From positions 14,517 to 78,516 of the forward strand of contig JAAYJV010000113.1 of assembly GCA_012522755.1 (NCBI GenBank): a DNA stretch of 64,000 bases, read 5' to 3'. The stretch's first letter is position 1. The number at the start of each line of letters is the position of its first letter. The notes under the pieces are model-generated. The model ran no database searches. It was not told the DNA's origin and was given only the letters and a program-made list of their open reading frames with translations. A program made the translations under genes and the position numbers. Below, in pieces: positions 18,825 through 28,231 of this stretch. The DNA is from Candidatus Hydrogenedens sp. (lineage in GTDB: Bacteria > Hydrogenedentota > Hydrogenedentia > Hydrogenedentales > CAITNO01).

Positions 18825-20134
18825 TGACCATGGGTAAACGCATTTTCAGCAAAAAGTCAAGATGGGAACCGGGACTTTTCGCCATCATCGTCGGCATAAC
18901 AGCTGTGCTGGCCATTATTATCGGCGGCCCCTATCTGCTCTCCAAAACGCGGGAAGCCTTTCCTGTATCTGTTACAGTGAATACGGATGGACTGGAAATC
19001 CTGCAGACGGCGTATGCCAGTGTTGCACAGGGTTCATATGAAGATGCTCTTGCTCATATCCGCCCTTTGCTGAAGGGACGGGATCCTCTTATCACGCCGC
19101 GCGCAATCATGCTTGAAGCGGATATCCTGCACCTTCAGGGACATCCGGATAAAGCACTGGAAAACCTCTCTGTTGCCTGTGATAAATTTACCAACAGCCC
19201 GGAGTATCCTTATCTGCAAGCCCGTAAAGCCCGTCAACTCGAAGAAATGGGCAAATTCGCCGAATCCAAAGAAATTTATGAGTCTATCCGCGACCATGCC
19301 CCCGCCGAAATCAGAGCTCTGGGCTATCTGGGTCTGGCCCGACTTGAACAACGGGCCGAAAATTTTGTGGCCGCCCGTGACCTTGCCCGGCTCGCCGTGG
19401 ACGACTCGCCCTGGGGGACTACGGTATGGAATGAGGCGGTGGACATGCTGGGCCCTTTGAATGTTGCCCTCATCTTTTCTCCTCAGGAAACCCCTGAAAG
19501 TAAAATTTATACGGTTGAAAAAGGGGACAACTTAAATTCCATCGGTATCAAACTGAATACCACCCAGGGTCTTCTCATGGAAGCCAATTCTATCACTGAA
19601 CCGGAAAAACTCAGTCTCGGCCAGCGTCTGAAATATACGCCTAAAGATTTTTCCATCGTCATTGAACGCAGTACCTGCTCCCTTTTTCTCATGGACAACA
19701 AGGGTATTTTCAAACGCTATAAAACAGGTCTTGGCAAGCCGGGCCATGAAACGAATCTGGGCAAGTACACCATCGGAACAAAGCAAAAAGATCCTGTATG
19801 GCATAAACCCGGAGCCGGCCCCATTCCAGCCAATGCGCCTGACAACGAACTGGGCACACGGTGGATGCCTCTGGAGCCCGCCGATGAAGGACTGCCCCGT
19901 GATCTGGGTATCCATGGAACCATTGCACCGGATACCATCGGCAGCTTCGCTTCCAAGGGTTGCGCACGAATGCACAATGAAGAGGTTGAAGAACTCTATG
20001 ATCTCGTCGTGCGCGCCACGCCTGTGGAGATTCTGGAGAGCCTCAACCCCAGTGCCGCCCAGGACCCAGCATCAAGTCCTGATCCAGCCCCAGCCACAAA
20101 CGAAGATACCAGCTCCGAAGAAGCCGCTGCTTAA
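18824..20134 (+). CDS. Membrane-anchored TPR-LysM-L,D-transpeptidase (YkuD domain) protein
   Basis: N-terminal TM helix, TPR-like helical repeats, a LysM (IYTVEKGDNLNSIGIKL…), and a C-terminal YkuD catalytic region (…GIHGT…SKGCARM). The start overlaps the kinase stop (TGATG). Confidence 0.8.
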   Translation: MTMGKRIFSKKSRWEPGLFAIIVGITAVLAIIIGGPYLLSKTREAFPVSVTVNTDGLEILQTAYASVAQGSYEDALAHIRPLLKGRDPLITPRAIMLEADILHLQGHPDKALENLSVACDKFTNSPEYPYLQARKARQLEEMGKFAESKEIYESIRDHAPAEIRALGYLGLARLEQRAENFVAARDLARLAVDDSPWGTTVWNEAVDMLGPLNVALIFSPQETPESKIYTVEKGDNLNSIGIKLNTTQGLLMEANSITEPEKLSLGQRLKYTPKDFSIVIERSTCSLFLMDNKGIFKRYKTGLGKPGHETNLGKYTIGTKQKDPVWHKPGAGPIPANAPDNELGTRWMPLEPADEGLPRDLGIHGTIAPDTIGSFASKGCARMHNEEVEELYDLVVRATPVEILESLNPSAAQDPASSPDPAPATNEDTSSEEAAA

Positions 20135-20181
20135 TTCTCACCCACGCCTTTTCATGATCCCGCTTTTTCTGAAAGCATTCC

Positions 20182-20973
20182 ATGCCTCCTCCCGAAAAAA
20201 ATATTGCTGTTGTCATGCTTCATGGTCTCTGTGACATGTTTTGCAGCTTTTGTGTCACAGAAAACAGCATGGAATGCATGACGAAGGATCAGTACGCCGA
20301 AACGCTCGATCATCTGGGTGAAAGAGGATTCGACAATATTGTCATCGGCGGTGGCGAACCCTTTTGCTGGCCCCATGGTCTTTATCAGGCTGCGAAAATG
20401 GCCAAAGACAAAGGCTTTCTTGTTCAGGTGGGTACCAATGGAATCAAAATACCTGTCGACAATGTCTTGCCAGACTGCATTGACCGCTTTGTGCTGCCCC
20501 TCGACGGTGTGACTGCGGAAGAACACAACCGAGTCCGTCTTTACCCGGAGGCATCGGGCGGACATTTCCGGATTATCATGGACAGACTCAATCATCTGAA
20601 AAAGGCGGAGTATTCCGTAACGGTTTCCACTGTGGTCACCCGTCATACACTGGCCACGCTGAGCGGGATCGGTGACTTTTTGAAAAACTATGTCCACTCC
20701 GGCGGAATTCTGCATGCCTGGCATCTTTATTGTTTCATCCCGGAAGGCCGGGGCGGACGTTTGTCAGCCCGGGAGCTGGGCATTTCCTCCCATGAATTTG
20801 AAAGCGCCGTCCGTGATGTTCGCAAGCGCAACTACCCCTTCATAATTTTCAAACGGCCCAATATGCGCCACTCCGCCCATGTTGATTTTTTCTGGCGTCA
20901 GGAAGGGCGTTTGATTTGCGGAAGCCAATACTGGAATCAGCTGGATAAACTTTCACGCAGCGGTACTCTTTAA
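20182..20973 (+). CDS. Radical SAM domain protein (no SPASM/twitch extension), function unknown
   Basis: CDMFCSFC is a CX3CX2C motif near the N-terminus, and GGGEPF is the glycine-rich SAM motif. 263 aa, located immediately upstream of hydG. Confidence 0.7.
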   Translation: MPPPEKNIAVVMLHGLCDMFCSFCVTENSMECMTKDQYAETLDHLGERGFDNIVIGGGEPFCWPHGLYQAAKMAKDKGFLVQVGTNGIKIPVDNVLPDCIDRFVLPLDGVTAEEHNRVRLYPEASGGHFRIIMDRLNHLKKAEYSVTVSTVVTRHTLATLSGIGDFLKNYVHSGGILHAWHLYCFIPEGRGGRLSARELGISSHEFESAVRDVRKRNYPFIIFKRPNMRHSAHVDFFWRQEGRLICGSQYWNQLDKLSRSGTL

Positions 20974-21099
20974 CCATTTGTAAAAGTGGCAATTTCCTCT
21001 GCAAACGGGCATATTTTTTTTGTAAATGGTGTTATTTGAATTGGTGGGGTATCTTTATTACAACATGCCGACACTGGGTGCCTGGTCAGGAGACTTTTC

Positions 21100-22494
21100 A
21101 TGAGCGAAGAACTGCACGGAACAATTACGATTGATGAAGAACGGATAATGAAGGCGCTGGAACATGCTGAAGAAGACGCTGTTCAGGTGCGGGAAGTGCT
21201 GGCCAAGGCATTGGAGCTCAAAGGCCTCAATGCTGATGAGGCCACCGTGCTGATGCGCATTCAGTCGCCGGAACTTGAAGAAGAACTCTTTGAGACAGCC
21301 CGCAAGGTGAAAGATGAAATTTATGGGCGGCGACTGGTTCTTTTCGCTCCCTTGTACGTATCCAACTTGTGCGCCAATGACTGCACCTACTGCGCCTTCC
21401 GTGCCGGGAACAAGGCTGTCAAACGCCGGGCTCTCAATTACGAGGAAGTCATAGAAGAAACGCGTATCCTTATCAATCAGGGTCACAAACGTGTTCTGCT
21501 CGTTGCAGGCGAATCCTATCCCAAGGAAGGGATAGACTATGTTTTGAAGTGTATTGATACCATCTACAGTGTCAAGTCCGAGTGGGGAGAAGTGCGGCGC
21601 ATCAATGTGAATCTGGCACCCCTCAGCCTGGATGAGTTCAAGCGTCTGAAAGAAAGACGCATCGGCACTTTCCAACTCTTCCAGGAAACCTACCACCGCG
21701 AAACCTACAGCAAGGTTCATATCTCCGGTAAGAAACGTGATTTTGACTGGCGGATCACAGCCATGGACCGTGCCATGCTGGCCGGTATTGATGATGTGGG
21801 GATAGGCGTGCTTTTCGGACTTTATGACTGGCGCTTTGATGTGCTCGCTCTTTTGCAGCACAACAACCATCTGGAAGAGCGTTTCGGCGTGGGCTGCCAT
21901 ACCATCTCGGTGCCGCGGATCGAGCCGGCCGTTGGTGCCGAAGTGTCCGAGCATCCTCCTGTACCCGTCAATGACCGTGACTTTAAAAAGCTCATCGCCA
22001 TCCTGCGCTTGACAGTGCCTTATACGGGTATCATTCTCTCCACCCGCGAAAATCCTGAAATGCGTCGGGAAGCCCTGGCCATGGGCGTATCCCAGATTTC
22101 GGCCGGCAGCCGGACCAATCCCGGGGGCTATCATGAAGAAGCCTATGAGATGAGCCAGTTCTCTCTGGGCGATCACCGTTCTCTGGATGAGGTAGTGGAA
22201 GATATTGCGCATATGGGCTATATCCCTTCCTTCTGCACAGGCTGTTATCGCCTCGGCCGGACGGGAAAAGACTTCATGGATCTCGCCAAGCCCGGGCTGA
22301 TCAAGCATTATTGTGAAATCAATGCACTGAGCACCTTCACGGAATTTCTGGAACATTTCGCATCGCCCATTACAAAAGAAGTGGGGGATAAGCTGGTGGA
22401 CAAGATTGTGAGTGAACAGCCGGCCACGCGAAAAGAACGGGCCAACAATGTGGTTCAGAAAGTTCGTGCAGGGGAACGGGATGTTTATGTATAA
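21100..22494 (+). CDS. hydG: [FeFe]-hydrogenase H-cluster radical SAM maturase HydG
   Basis: ThiH/HydG-type N-terminus with CANDCTYC (CX3CX2C). The 464-aa length and the C-terminal CTGC-X22-C motif (CX2CX22C) distinguish HydG from ThiH. Confidence 0.8.
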   Translation: MSEELHGTITIDEERIMKALEHAEEDAVQVREVLAKALELKGLNADEATVLMRIQSPELEEELFETARKVKDEIYGRRLVLFAPLYVSNLCANDCTYCAFRAGNKAVKRRALNYEEVIEETRILINQGHKRVLLVAGESYPKEGIDYVLKCIDTIYSVKSEWGEVRRINVNLAPLSLDEFKRLKERRIGTFQLFQETYHRETYSKVHISGKKRDFDWRITAMDRAMLAGIDDVGIGVLFGLYDWRFDVLALLQHNNHLEERFGVGCHTISVPRIEPAVGAEVSEHPPVPVNDRDFKKLIAILRLTVPYTGIILSTRENPEMRREALAMGVSQISAGSRTNPGGYHEEAYEMSQFSLGDHRSLDEVVEDIAHMGYIPSFCTGCYRLGRTGKDFMDLAKPGLIKHYCEINALSTFTEFLEHFASPITKEVGDKLVDKIVSEQPATRKERANNVVQKVRAGERDVYV

Positions 22495-22569
22495 TAGACC
22501 GATATGCTGCTGAATTCTTCGGCTGGCATCTTGTCACTTTGCTGCAACAGATTTCCGGGAGGATCACTC

Positions 22570-22830
22570 ATGAACCGTCATGTTATTTATGGTGTCCATG
22601 TTCAGAACCGTGGTGAAAACGCTGTCCGTGTCCAGCAACTGCTGACCGAATACGGCTGCTATGTCAAAACACGTTTGGGACTGCATGAAGTGGACGAAAC
22701 TTTTTGTGCAACGGGCGGTATTGTCCTGCTGGAAATGTATGGTGATATCGAAAAGTGCGAAGCTCTCCGCGACAAACTCAATTCCCTCGACGGTATTGAA
22801 GTGCAGGAGATGATCTTCGAGCACAGCTGA
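22570..22830 (+). CDS. Iron-only hydrogenase system regulator (TM1266 family, ACT-like)
   Basis: 86 aa from MNRHVIYGVHVQNRGENAVRVQQLLTEYGC… This is the small protein that characteristically accompanies hydE/F/G. Confidence 0.7.
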   Translation: MNRHVIYGVHVQNRGENAVRVQQLLTEYGCYVKTRLGLHEVDETFCATGGIVLLEMYGDIEKCEALRDKLNSLDGIEVQEMIFEHS

Positions 22831-22867
22831 TTGTTTCAGCCGCAAAGCCTCTCATGTCCGCCGGGCT

Positions 22868-24082
22868 TCACTCAACAGTGATGATGTGTACCAGCGATCG
22901 GGTAATCTCTTTCACAGCCTCTTCCTGTGAAGAAGCAGAGGGCTGGTCACGCTTGAGAAGACGATACACATCAGGATCTTCTTTCAAGAAGGAGAGAACC
23001 GCCTCCGCTTTCACGGCATAATTGATTTTCTGCGCTATGGTACCTGTTGTCTCCACATAATAGCTGTCATTGACCCTGGCACTGACAACACCGATCACTT
23101 GACCATCCGCACAGAAGAGGGGACCTCCTGAATTGCCGGGTTGTACAGCCGCATCAATCTGATAATTGTCCTCATCATCATGCATCCCTGTGAGAGCGCT
23201 GATGATGCCCATGGTGACTTTGGGAGCAACACCCTGAAGCTCCGGATTGGGAAAGCCCAGAGCAAATACAGTCCTTCCGGGCTGCACCCCTTCAGGGACG
23301 CCCAGAGCGACAGGGACGGACTTTACATCCATTTTCAAGAGTGCCAGGTCTTTCTTGGCGTCTTTGCGGATCACCATGGCCACATCCACTTCTTCGCCGC
23401 CGTCATAAGCGGCGATGACAATATCGTTATCTTCGATCACATGATAATTGGTAAGGACGTGGCCCTCTTTTGTAATGAAAAAGCCTGACCCCGTTCCTGT
23501 GATTTCGAAATCATCATCATCCACATCCCTGCTCTCTTCTTCGTCATCATCATCATCATAGAGATCAAAGTTGAAACGGATAATAAGAATTGCCAGATCA
23601 CGATCAGTAGTATATTTATTGACAGTCTTGGGTAAATCTTTTACTGTTGTATATTGGTAGGTGCCGCACCAGAAAAGATCTTTTCGGAAGGTTTCGTCAT
23701 CAGCCATAAAACGGCTTGTGGCATCTATCCAGAAGAAAACATTGCCGTCATAGGTAATTTCATCAAAAAAGCTGTCATAACTCCCTTCCAGGCACAGGCA
23801 ACCGTCTTCCATGGATTGCAGCACTTGAAAAGGCATATTCCTTTTGGATTTGGACAGCATGATTTTTTCTGCTTCCTCGATGTATTTCTTTTCACGCTGA
23901 GATGTTTTGGAAAGAGAAGTGCGTTCACTCGGCCCCCCCTTCTTTGCGGATCTGGAAGACTGAGCACCCGCCTCCAGACAGATTGACACCAGAAGCAACA
24001 AAACACACCCGACCAGACACTTGGACTTCAAGCTCATTGTTACACCCTCTTGCATTGTATGGCTTCTTTTGTATTTTCGCAA
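22868..24082 (-). CDS. Trypsin-like serine protease (S1C/DegP-like), secreted, with a poly-acidic insert
   Basis: Signal peptide. GSGFFITKEGHVLTNYHV holds the catalytic His, and …GNSGGPL… the catalytic Ser. A D/E-rich stretch (DDDDDEEESRDVDDDD) precedes the protease domain. Confidence 0.75.
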   Translation of the reverse strand: MRKYKRSHTMQEGVTMSLKSKCLVGCVLLLLVSICLEAGAQSSRSAKKGGPSERTSLSKTSQREKKYIEEAEKIMLSKSKRNMPFQVLQSMEDGCLCLEGSYDSFFDEITYDGNVFFWIDATSRFMADDETFRKDLFWCGTYQYTTVKDLPKTVNKYTTDRDLAILIIRFNFDLYDDDDDEEESRDVDDDDFEITGTGSGFFITKEGHVLTNYHVIEDNDIVIAAYDGGEEVDVAMVIRKDAKKDLALLKMDVKSVPVALGVPEGVQPGRTVFALGFPNPELQGVAPKVTMGIISALTGMHDDEDNYQIDAAVQPGNSGGPLFCADGQVIGVVSARVNDSYYVETTGTIAQKINYAVKAEAVLSFLKEDPDVYRLLKRDQPSASSQEEAVKEITRSLVHIITVE

Positions 24083-24280
24083 AAATCACAACCTGATACA
24101 AATTTTTTAAATTTGTGGATTCAAATGTTCAGGCTGCGCTGTGAAAAAAACGTATCCTCTTCCTCTATTCTCTCTGTGCCAATGTAATGAAGAGATAATG
24201 TGGTTTCGGTTATACTGGACTGTGTTTACCGGCGCCAGATGCGAGAAAGAGAAAGCGCGTGAGGCTGGTACGATACGCTC

Positions 24281-24493
24281 TTGCCGAAAGGACATATGAT
24301 GCGAAAAAGATATTATTTTTATTTGGCGGCGATTCTTTGCTTCGGCTGTGCCGCATTACTTGTATGCACTGAGGGCAAGTTCATTTTCGCTTATAAAGAG
24401 ATCTATATATTTGATAAATCTTACCTGAAGTACTCTTCTGAGTATGCAAAGGGCATGAAAATTTTAAAAAAGCTTAATCGCTTTGGTATCTAG
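24281..24493 (+). CDS. Hypothetical small lipoprotein-like ORF, possibly the 5' part of an interrupted gene
   Basis: Signal/lipobox-like N-terminus (AAILCFGCAALLVC), a low-GC region, and an in-frame TAG immediately followed by the next ORF. Confidence 0.3.
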   Translation: MPKGHMMRKRYYFYLAAILCFGCAALLVCTEGKFIFAYKEIYIFDKSYLKYSSEYAKGMKILKKLNRFGI

Positions 24494-24967
24494 ATGAATG
24501 GCAAGTGGTTGCCTGAGCTTTTTTCCAATCACAAAAAGAAAGAGAAAGCCTTAAATTATATTCTGCAGGACATTGAAGAAAAAGGCTTTCCAGAGGACGT
24601 CAGTGAGACTATCAGCATAATAGCAGCAGTCAGTAATTTGAGTTCCGAACTGGAACGGAGAGAAGAAAAACGGGCGTTTTATCTTCAAGTAGTGGAGCAC
24701 TTTCCTGAAGATTCTCCTCAGAATCGTTTTGCACAGCGCTTACTGGATGTCATGCCTGAAAGTGAGAGCACCTCCAGTCCAACCCATAGGAGAGGTGAAA
24801 TTTTACACATGTACTTTCGTGCCATCGTCAGAGAGTTGTTTGTTGTATTATGCGTAATGGGAGGAATAGCTCTTTTGATTGCTGTCCGCCGCCTGAGGTT
24901 GGAGCGGGAAAAAGGACTTGCCACAACAGCGGATGAGATTGCAGGCGAAGCCGAAACTTCAAGTTGA
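24494..24967 (+). CDS. Hypothetical protein with a C-terminal TM anchor
   Basis: 157-aa ORF in the same frame as 24281-24493. No recognised homology. Confidence 0.35.
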   Translation: MNGKWLPELFSNHKKKEKALNYILQDIEEKGFPEDVSETISIIAAVSNLSSELERREEKRAFYLQVVEHFPEDSPQNRFAQRLLDVMPESESTSSPTHRRGEILHMYFRAIVRELFVVLCVMGGIALLIAVRRLRLEREKGLATTADEIAGEAETSS

Positions 24968-25223
24968 ATGCTCTCTTGCCACGGCTGAAACAATGAAGTC
25001 TTTTTTGCGCAGGTGTTGCACTTGACTTGACAATTCAAGCCCCGAAAAAAGCGTATTCACCGTCTAATCCGCGTATGTAAGGAATTTATATAAAGATCAG
25101 AGAAAGCCTTCGTATTAAGATTCCTGTTTTCACAGGAATGACCTGGTCTCAGGGATTGCCCTCAGAATATCCGTGTCCAGCAGTGGTTCTGAAAATCTCA
25201 GTAGTGCAAAAAGCCTTCTCTTC

Positions 25224-26480
25224 TCAGCCGACTCCCAGGCAACAAACTTCAAAGCCTGCTTCAGTCCACTCTTCATGGGAGAGAGCGTTCCGTGTATCAA
25301 AGACTTTCAGACTGCGCATGGAACGGGCGGCCTCTGCGGGCGGAAAGCTTTTAAAAGCACGGTGATCCGTAAGCAGCAGAATAAGGTCGGAATCCTGCAG
25401 GCATGCTTCCAGAGGCTGTACAGGGTAACGCTCGGGACTTACAAAGGGGTCGCAGAGTCGCAGTTCAACTCCGGATTGCTCCAGAATTTCCACAACTTTG
25501 AGGGCCGGGCTTTCGCGCAAGTCATCGACATCGGCTTTATAGGCCAGTCCCAAAATAGCGATGCGGGGCTTGTCAATGGCCGCTGTCATGGCCAGTGCCT
25601 TTTCAGCCACTACCCGGGGCATGCTGTCATTACGGCGCCGGGCCTCCTGCATCATGGGCGTGGTTTCGGGGCTTGTCTGTATGAGAAACCAGGGATCCAC
25701 GGCTATGCAATGGCCGCCCACACCGGGCCCGGGACTGTGGAGATGCACCCGGGGATGATGGTTTGCACAACGGGCCATTTCCCAATAATCAACGCCCAGC
25801 GTTTCACAGAGGAGCGCTGTTTCGTTGGCCAGGGCGATATTGACATCTCTGTAGGTATTTTCCATGAGTTTGACCACCTCAGCCGTGGTCGCTGTGGTAC
25901 TCAGCAACTGACCCTGAACAAAACGTGCGTACAAACTTCGTGCTTTTTCCGTACTCTCAGGATCCATCCCACCGATGACGCGATCGTTTTCAATGAGTTC
26001 TTTGAGAATTTTTCCGGGCAGCACCCGTTCAGGACAATAAGCCAGATAGAGATCTTTTCCCAGGGTAAAGCCCGCTTCTTCAAAGAAGGGTTTCAGAAGA
26101 TCACGGCTGGTTCCCGGCGGGGAGGTGGATTCCAGCAGAATGAGATTTCCCGGGCGCAGATGGGGGAGAAGGGCTTTGGCCGCCTGAAGCACGCAGCTCA
26201 TATCCGCTTGTCCATTTGAGTCCATGGGCGTGGGCACGGCAATGATAAAGGCATCGGCCGGCACCGGCTCCGTGGCGGCACGCAGCTTTCCGCTTTGCAC
26301 CACCGCCTGTGCCGCTTCCAACAGTCCCGGCTCTTCTATGTGGATTTCTCCGCGATTGATGATCTCTGCAACACGGCCATTGGAATCGACTCCCACAACT
26401 TCAAAACCGTGTGAAGCCAATACGGTAGCCGTTGGCAGCCCGATATAACCCAAGCCCAGGACACAGACTTTATTCATCAT
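25224..26480 (-). CDS. Nucleotide-sugar dehydrogenase (UDP-N-acetyl-D-mannosamine / UDP-glucose 6-dehydrogenase family)
   Basis: VCVLGLGYIGLPTA is the Rossmann motif, and the sequence is UDPG_MGDP_dh-like throughout. 418 aa. Confidence 0.85.
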   Translation of the reverse strand: MMNKVCVLGLGYIGLPTATVLASHGFEVVGVDSNGRVAEIINRGEIHIEEPGLLEAAQAVVQSGKLRAATEPVPADAFIIAVPTPMDSNGQADMSCVLQAAKALLPHLRPGNLILLESTSPPGTSRDLLKPFFEEAGFTLGKDLYLAYCPERVLPGKILKELIENDRVIGGMDPESTEKARSLYARFVQGQLLSTTATTAEVVKLMENTYRDVNIALANETALLCETLGVDYWEMARCANHHPRVHLHSPGPGVGGHCIAVDPWFLIQTSPETTPMMQEARRRNDSMPRVVAEKALAMTAAIDKPRIAILGLAYKADVDDLRESPALKVVEILEQSGVELRLCDPFVSPERYPVQPLEACLQDSDLILLLTDHRAFKSFPPAEAARSMRSLKVFDTRNALSHEEWTEAGFEVCCLGVG

Positions 26481-26714
26481 TGTATGCCTTGTTCTTCCTG
26501 TACAGCCAGATCAAGACAGCGCCAGGGCTTTTCTTGAACAGCTCAGGGATGTTTCAACCTTTAAAAACAAGCGGATTTCCCCCGCCGTTTTGTTTTCATG
26601 CCTGCACGGCCTTATAATAACTCCAAACTCCTGAATAAAACAACCGACTTTTATTGTTCGCTTGTAAATATTCTTTTTTCGCTTTATCACCAACCCTAAT
26701 CTTTCTTCGGAGAA

Positions 26715-27344
26715 TTGCCAACTGTGAACAAAATTGCTGAAATTTTTGCAAAAGCCTCTTCCATACCCGAATATGCCTCCATGTATTGCGCCCGCCTCTC
26801 AGAGGTGCTGGCTTCTCTCGACTGGGAAGCCTTCGCACAAGCCACAGAAGCCTTTGACGAAGCGCGCCAGTCCGGACGGTGCATCTATCTCATGGGCAAT
26901 GGAGGCAGTGCCGCATCCTGCGCCCACATGGTGAATGATCTCGTGGCCGGAGCTTATCTGGAAGACAAGCCCGCTTTCAGAGCCGTATCTCTTGCCGACA
27001 ACCTCGCCACTCTCACCGCTCTGGGCAATGACAGCGGTTACGACAGTATTTTTGTGCATCAGCTCAAAGTGCTGCTCCGTCCCGGCGATCTGGTACTGGC
27101 CATGTCAGTGAGCGGCAACAGCCCCAATATTCTGCGTGCTCTTGAATACGCGAACGCACAAGAAGCCATTACGGTGGGCTTCTGCGGACTCACTGGCGGT
27201 GCCATGAAATCCTTGTGCGACATTGTGATCCATGCTGATACGACCCTGGATGAATACGGCCCTGTAGAAGATGTCTTCTCCATTCTGGGCCATATCCTCG
27301 CTGGAAATCTGGCCATGAGACAAGGGAAAATGCTCCATCACTAA
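26715..27344 (+). CDS. gmhA: SIS-domain phosphoheptose isomerase (GmhA-like)
   Basis: …GRCIYLMGNGGSAASCAHMVNDL…LAMSVSGNSPNIL… match the GmhA signatures. The ORF-track start at 26715 is TTG. Confidence 0.75.
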   Translation: MPTVNKIAEIFAKASSIPEYASMYCARLSEVLASLDWEAFAQATEAFDEARQSGRCIYLMGNGGSAASCAHMVNDLVAGAYLEDKPAFRAVSLADNLATLTALGNDSGYDSIFVHQLKVLLRPGDLVLAMSVSGNSPNILRALEYANAQEAITVGFCGLTGGAMKSLCDIVIHADTTLDEYGPVEDVFSILGHILAGNLAMRQGKMLHH

Positions 27345-27379
27345 GGCCCATACAGGCTGTTACAGGACAATCACTCCCG

Positions 27380-28231
27380 GTGCATGCTTCTATCATCATA
27401 GCTGTCTATAATCGCTGTGAAGCGTTGCGCAGCTGTCTGTCCGCATTGCCCGCATCTCTTCTGAAGGAGCACCAAACAGAGATCATCGTCGTTGATGACG
27501 GATCCAGCGATGGTGTGGATCAAATGGTGGCGGAGCACTTCCCTCATGTGCATTTCATCGCCCTGGAGCAGAACAGCGGTCCCTCGGGGGCACGCAACAG
27601 AGGGGTGGAAAGCGCCAGGGGAAAGCTTCTTATCTTCCTCGATTCCGATGCCGTTGCGGAAGAGCAATGGCTTCCCGCTTTGTTGAATAGGGATGATGGT
27701 AAAACGGTGCTCCTGGGACGTATTGTCGATTTCCACAGTGGAAAAGACCAGGACCGTCCCCGCCGTTCCACATTTCTGGGGAAAAGTCTGCCCTGTGCGG
27801 CTCATCGGGCCAATGCGGGTTCTTCCTGCAATCTTGCACTGCCTGCAAGCCTCTTCAAACAAATCGGCGGCTTCGACACAACTATTCCCTATTATTTTGA
27901 AGACAGTCTCTTGTGTATTGAAGCGCAACGTGCAGGCGCCTCTTTTCAATATGTCGCCGATGCTCCTGTACGTCATGTGGGCAGCGGTATCCGTATGGGC
28001 GATGCCATCCGCATGCAGGAACACAACAGTACTTATGCCATGCTCCGGTTATACCGGGACTCCCTCTGGCGCCTGCTGCTTTTCAGTGTCGGCAACGGAC
28101 TGTGGCTCTTCGCCCGTATCTTTGCTTGGGCGCTCACGGGGCGTTTCAAGGATGTCGTTCTGCTGATTCGGGGATGGGGGAGTGCATACAAACGCTTTCT
28201 CAGCCGCTCAGACGGCCAACCATCTCTTTGA
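27380..28231 (+). CDS. Glycosyltransferase family 2
   Basis: SIIIAVYNRCEALRSCL…IIVVDDGSSDG…LDSDAV (DxD). The start is GTG or a nearby ATG. Confidence 0.8.
   Translation: MHASIIIAVYNRCEALRSCLSALPASLLKEHQTEIIVVDDGSSDGVDQMVAEHFPHVHFIALEQNSGPSGARNRGVESARGKLLIFLDSDAVAEEQWLPALLNRDDGKTVLLGRIVDFHSGKDQDRPRRSTFLGKSLPCAAHRANAGSSCNLALPASLFKQIGGFDTTIPYYFEDSLLCIEAQRAGASFQYVADAPVRHVGSGIRMGDAIRMQEHNSTYAMLRLYRDSLWRLLLFSVGNGLWLFARIFAWALTGRFKDVVLLIRGWGSAYKRFLSRSDGQPSL

Noticed and set aside
21058-22356. 432-aa minus-strand ORF antisense to hydG
   Set aside because: hydG on the plus strand carries the diagnostic CX3CX2C and CX2CX22C motifs. The antisense ORF has no features.
25173-26219. 348-aa plus-strand ORF overlapping the nucleotide-sugar dehydrogenase
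   Set aside because: The minus-strand frame has the Rossmann motif and full-length family similarity. The plus-strand ORF has no recognisable features and is a shadow ORF.
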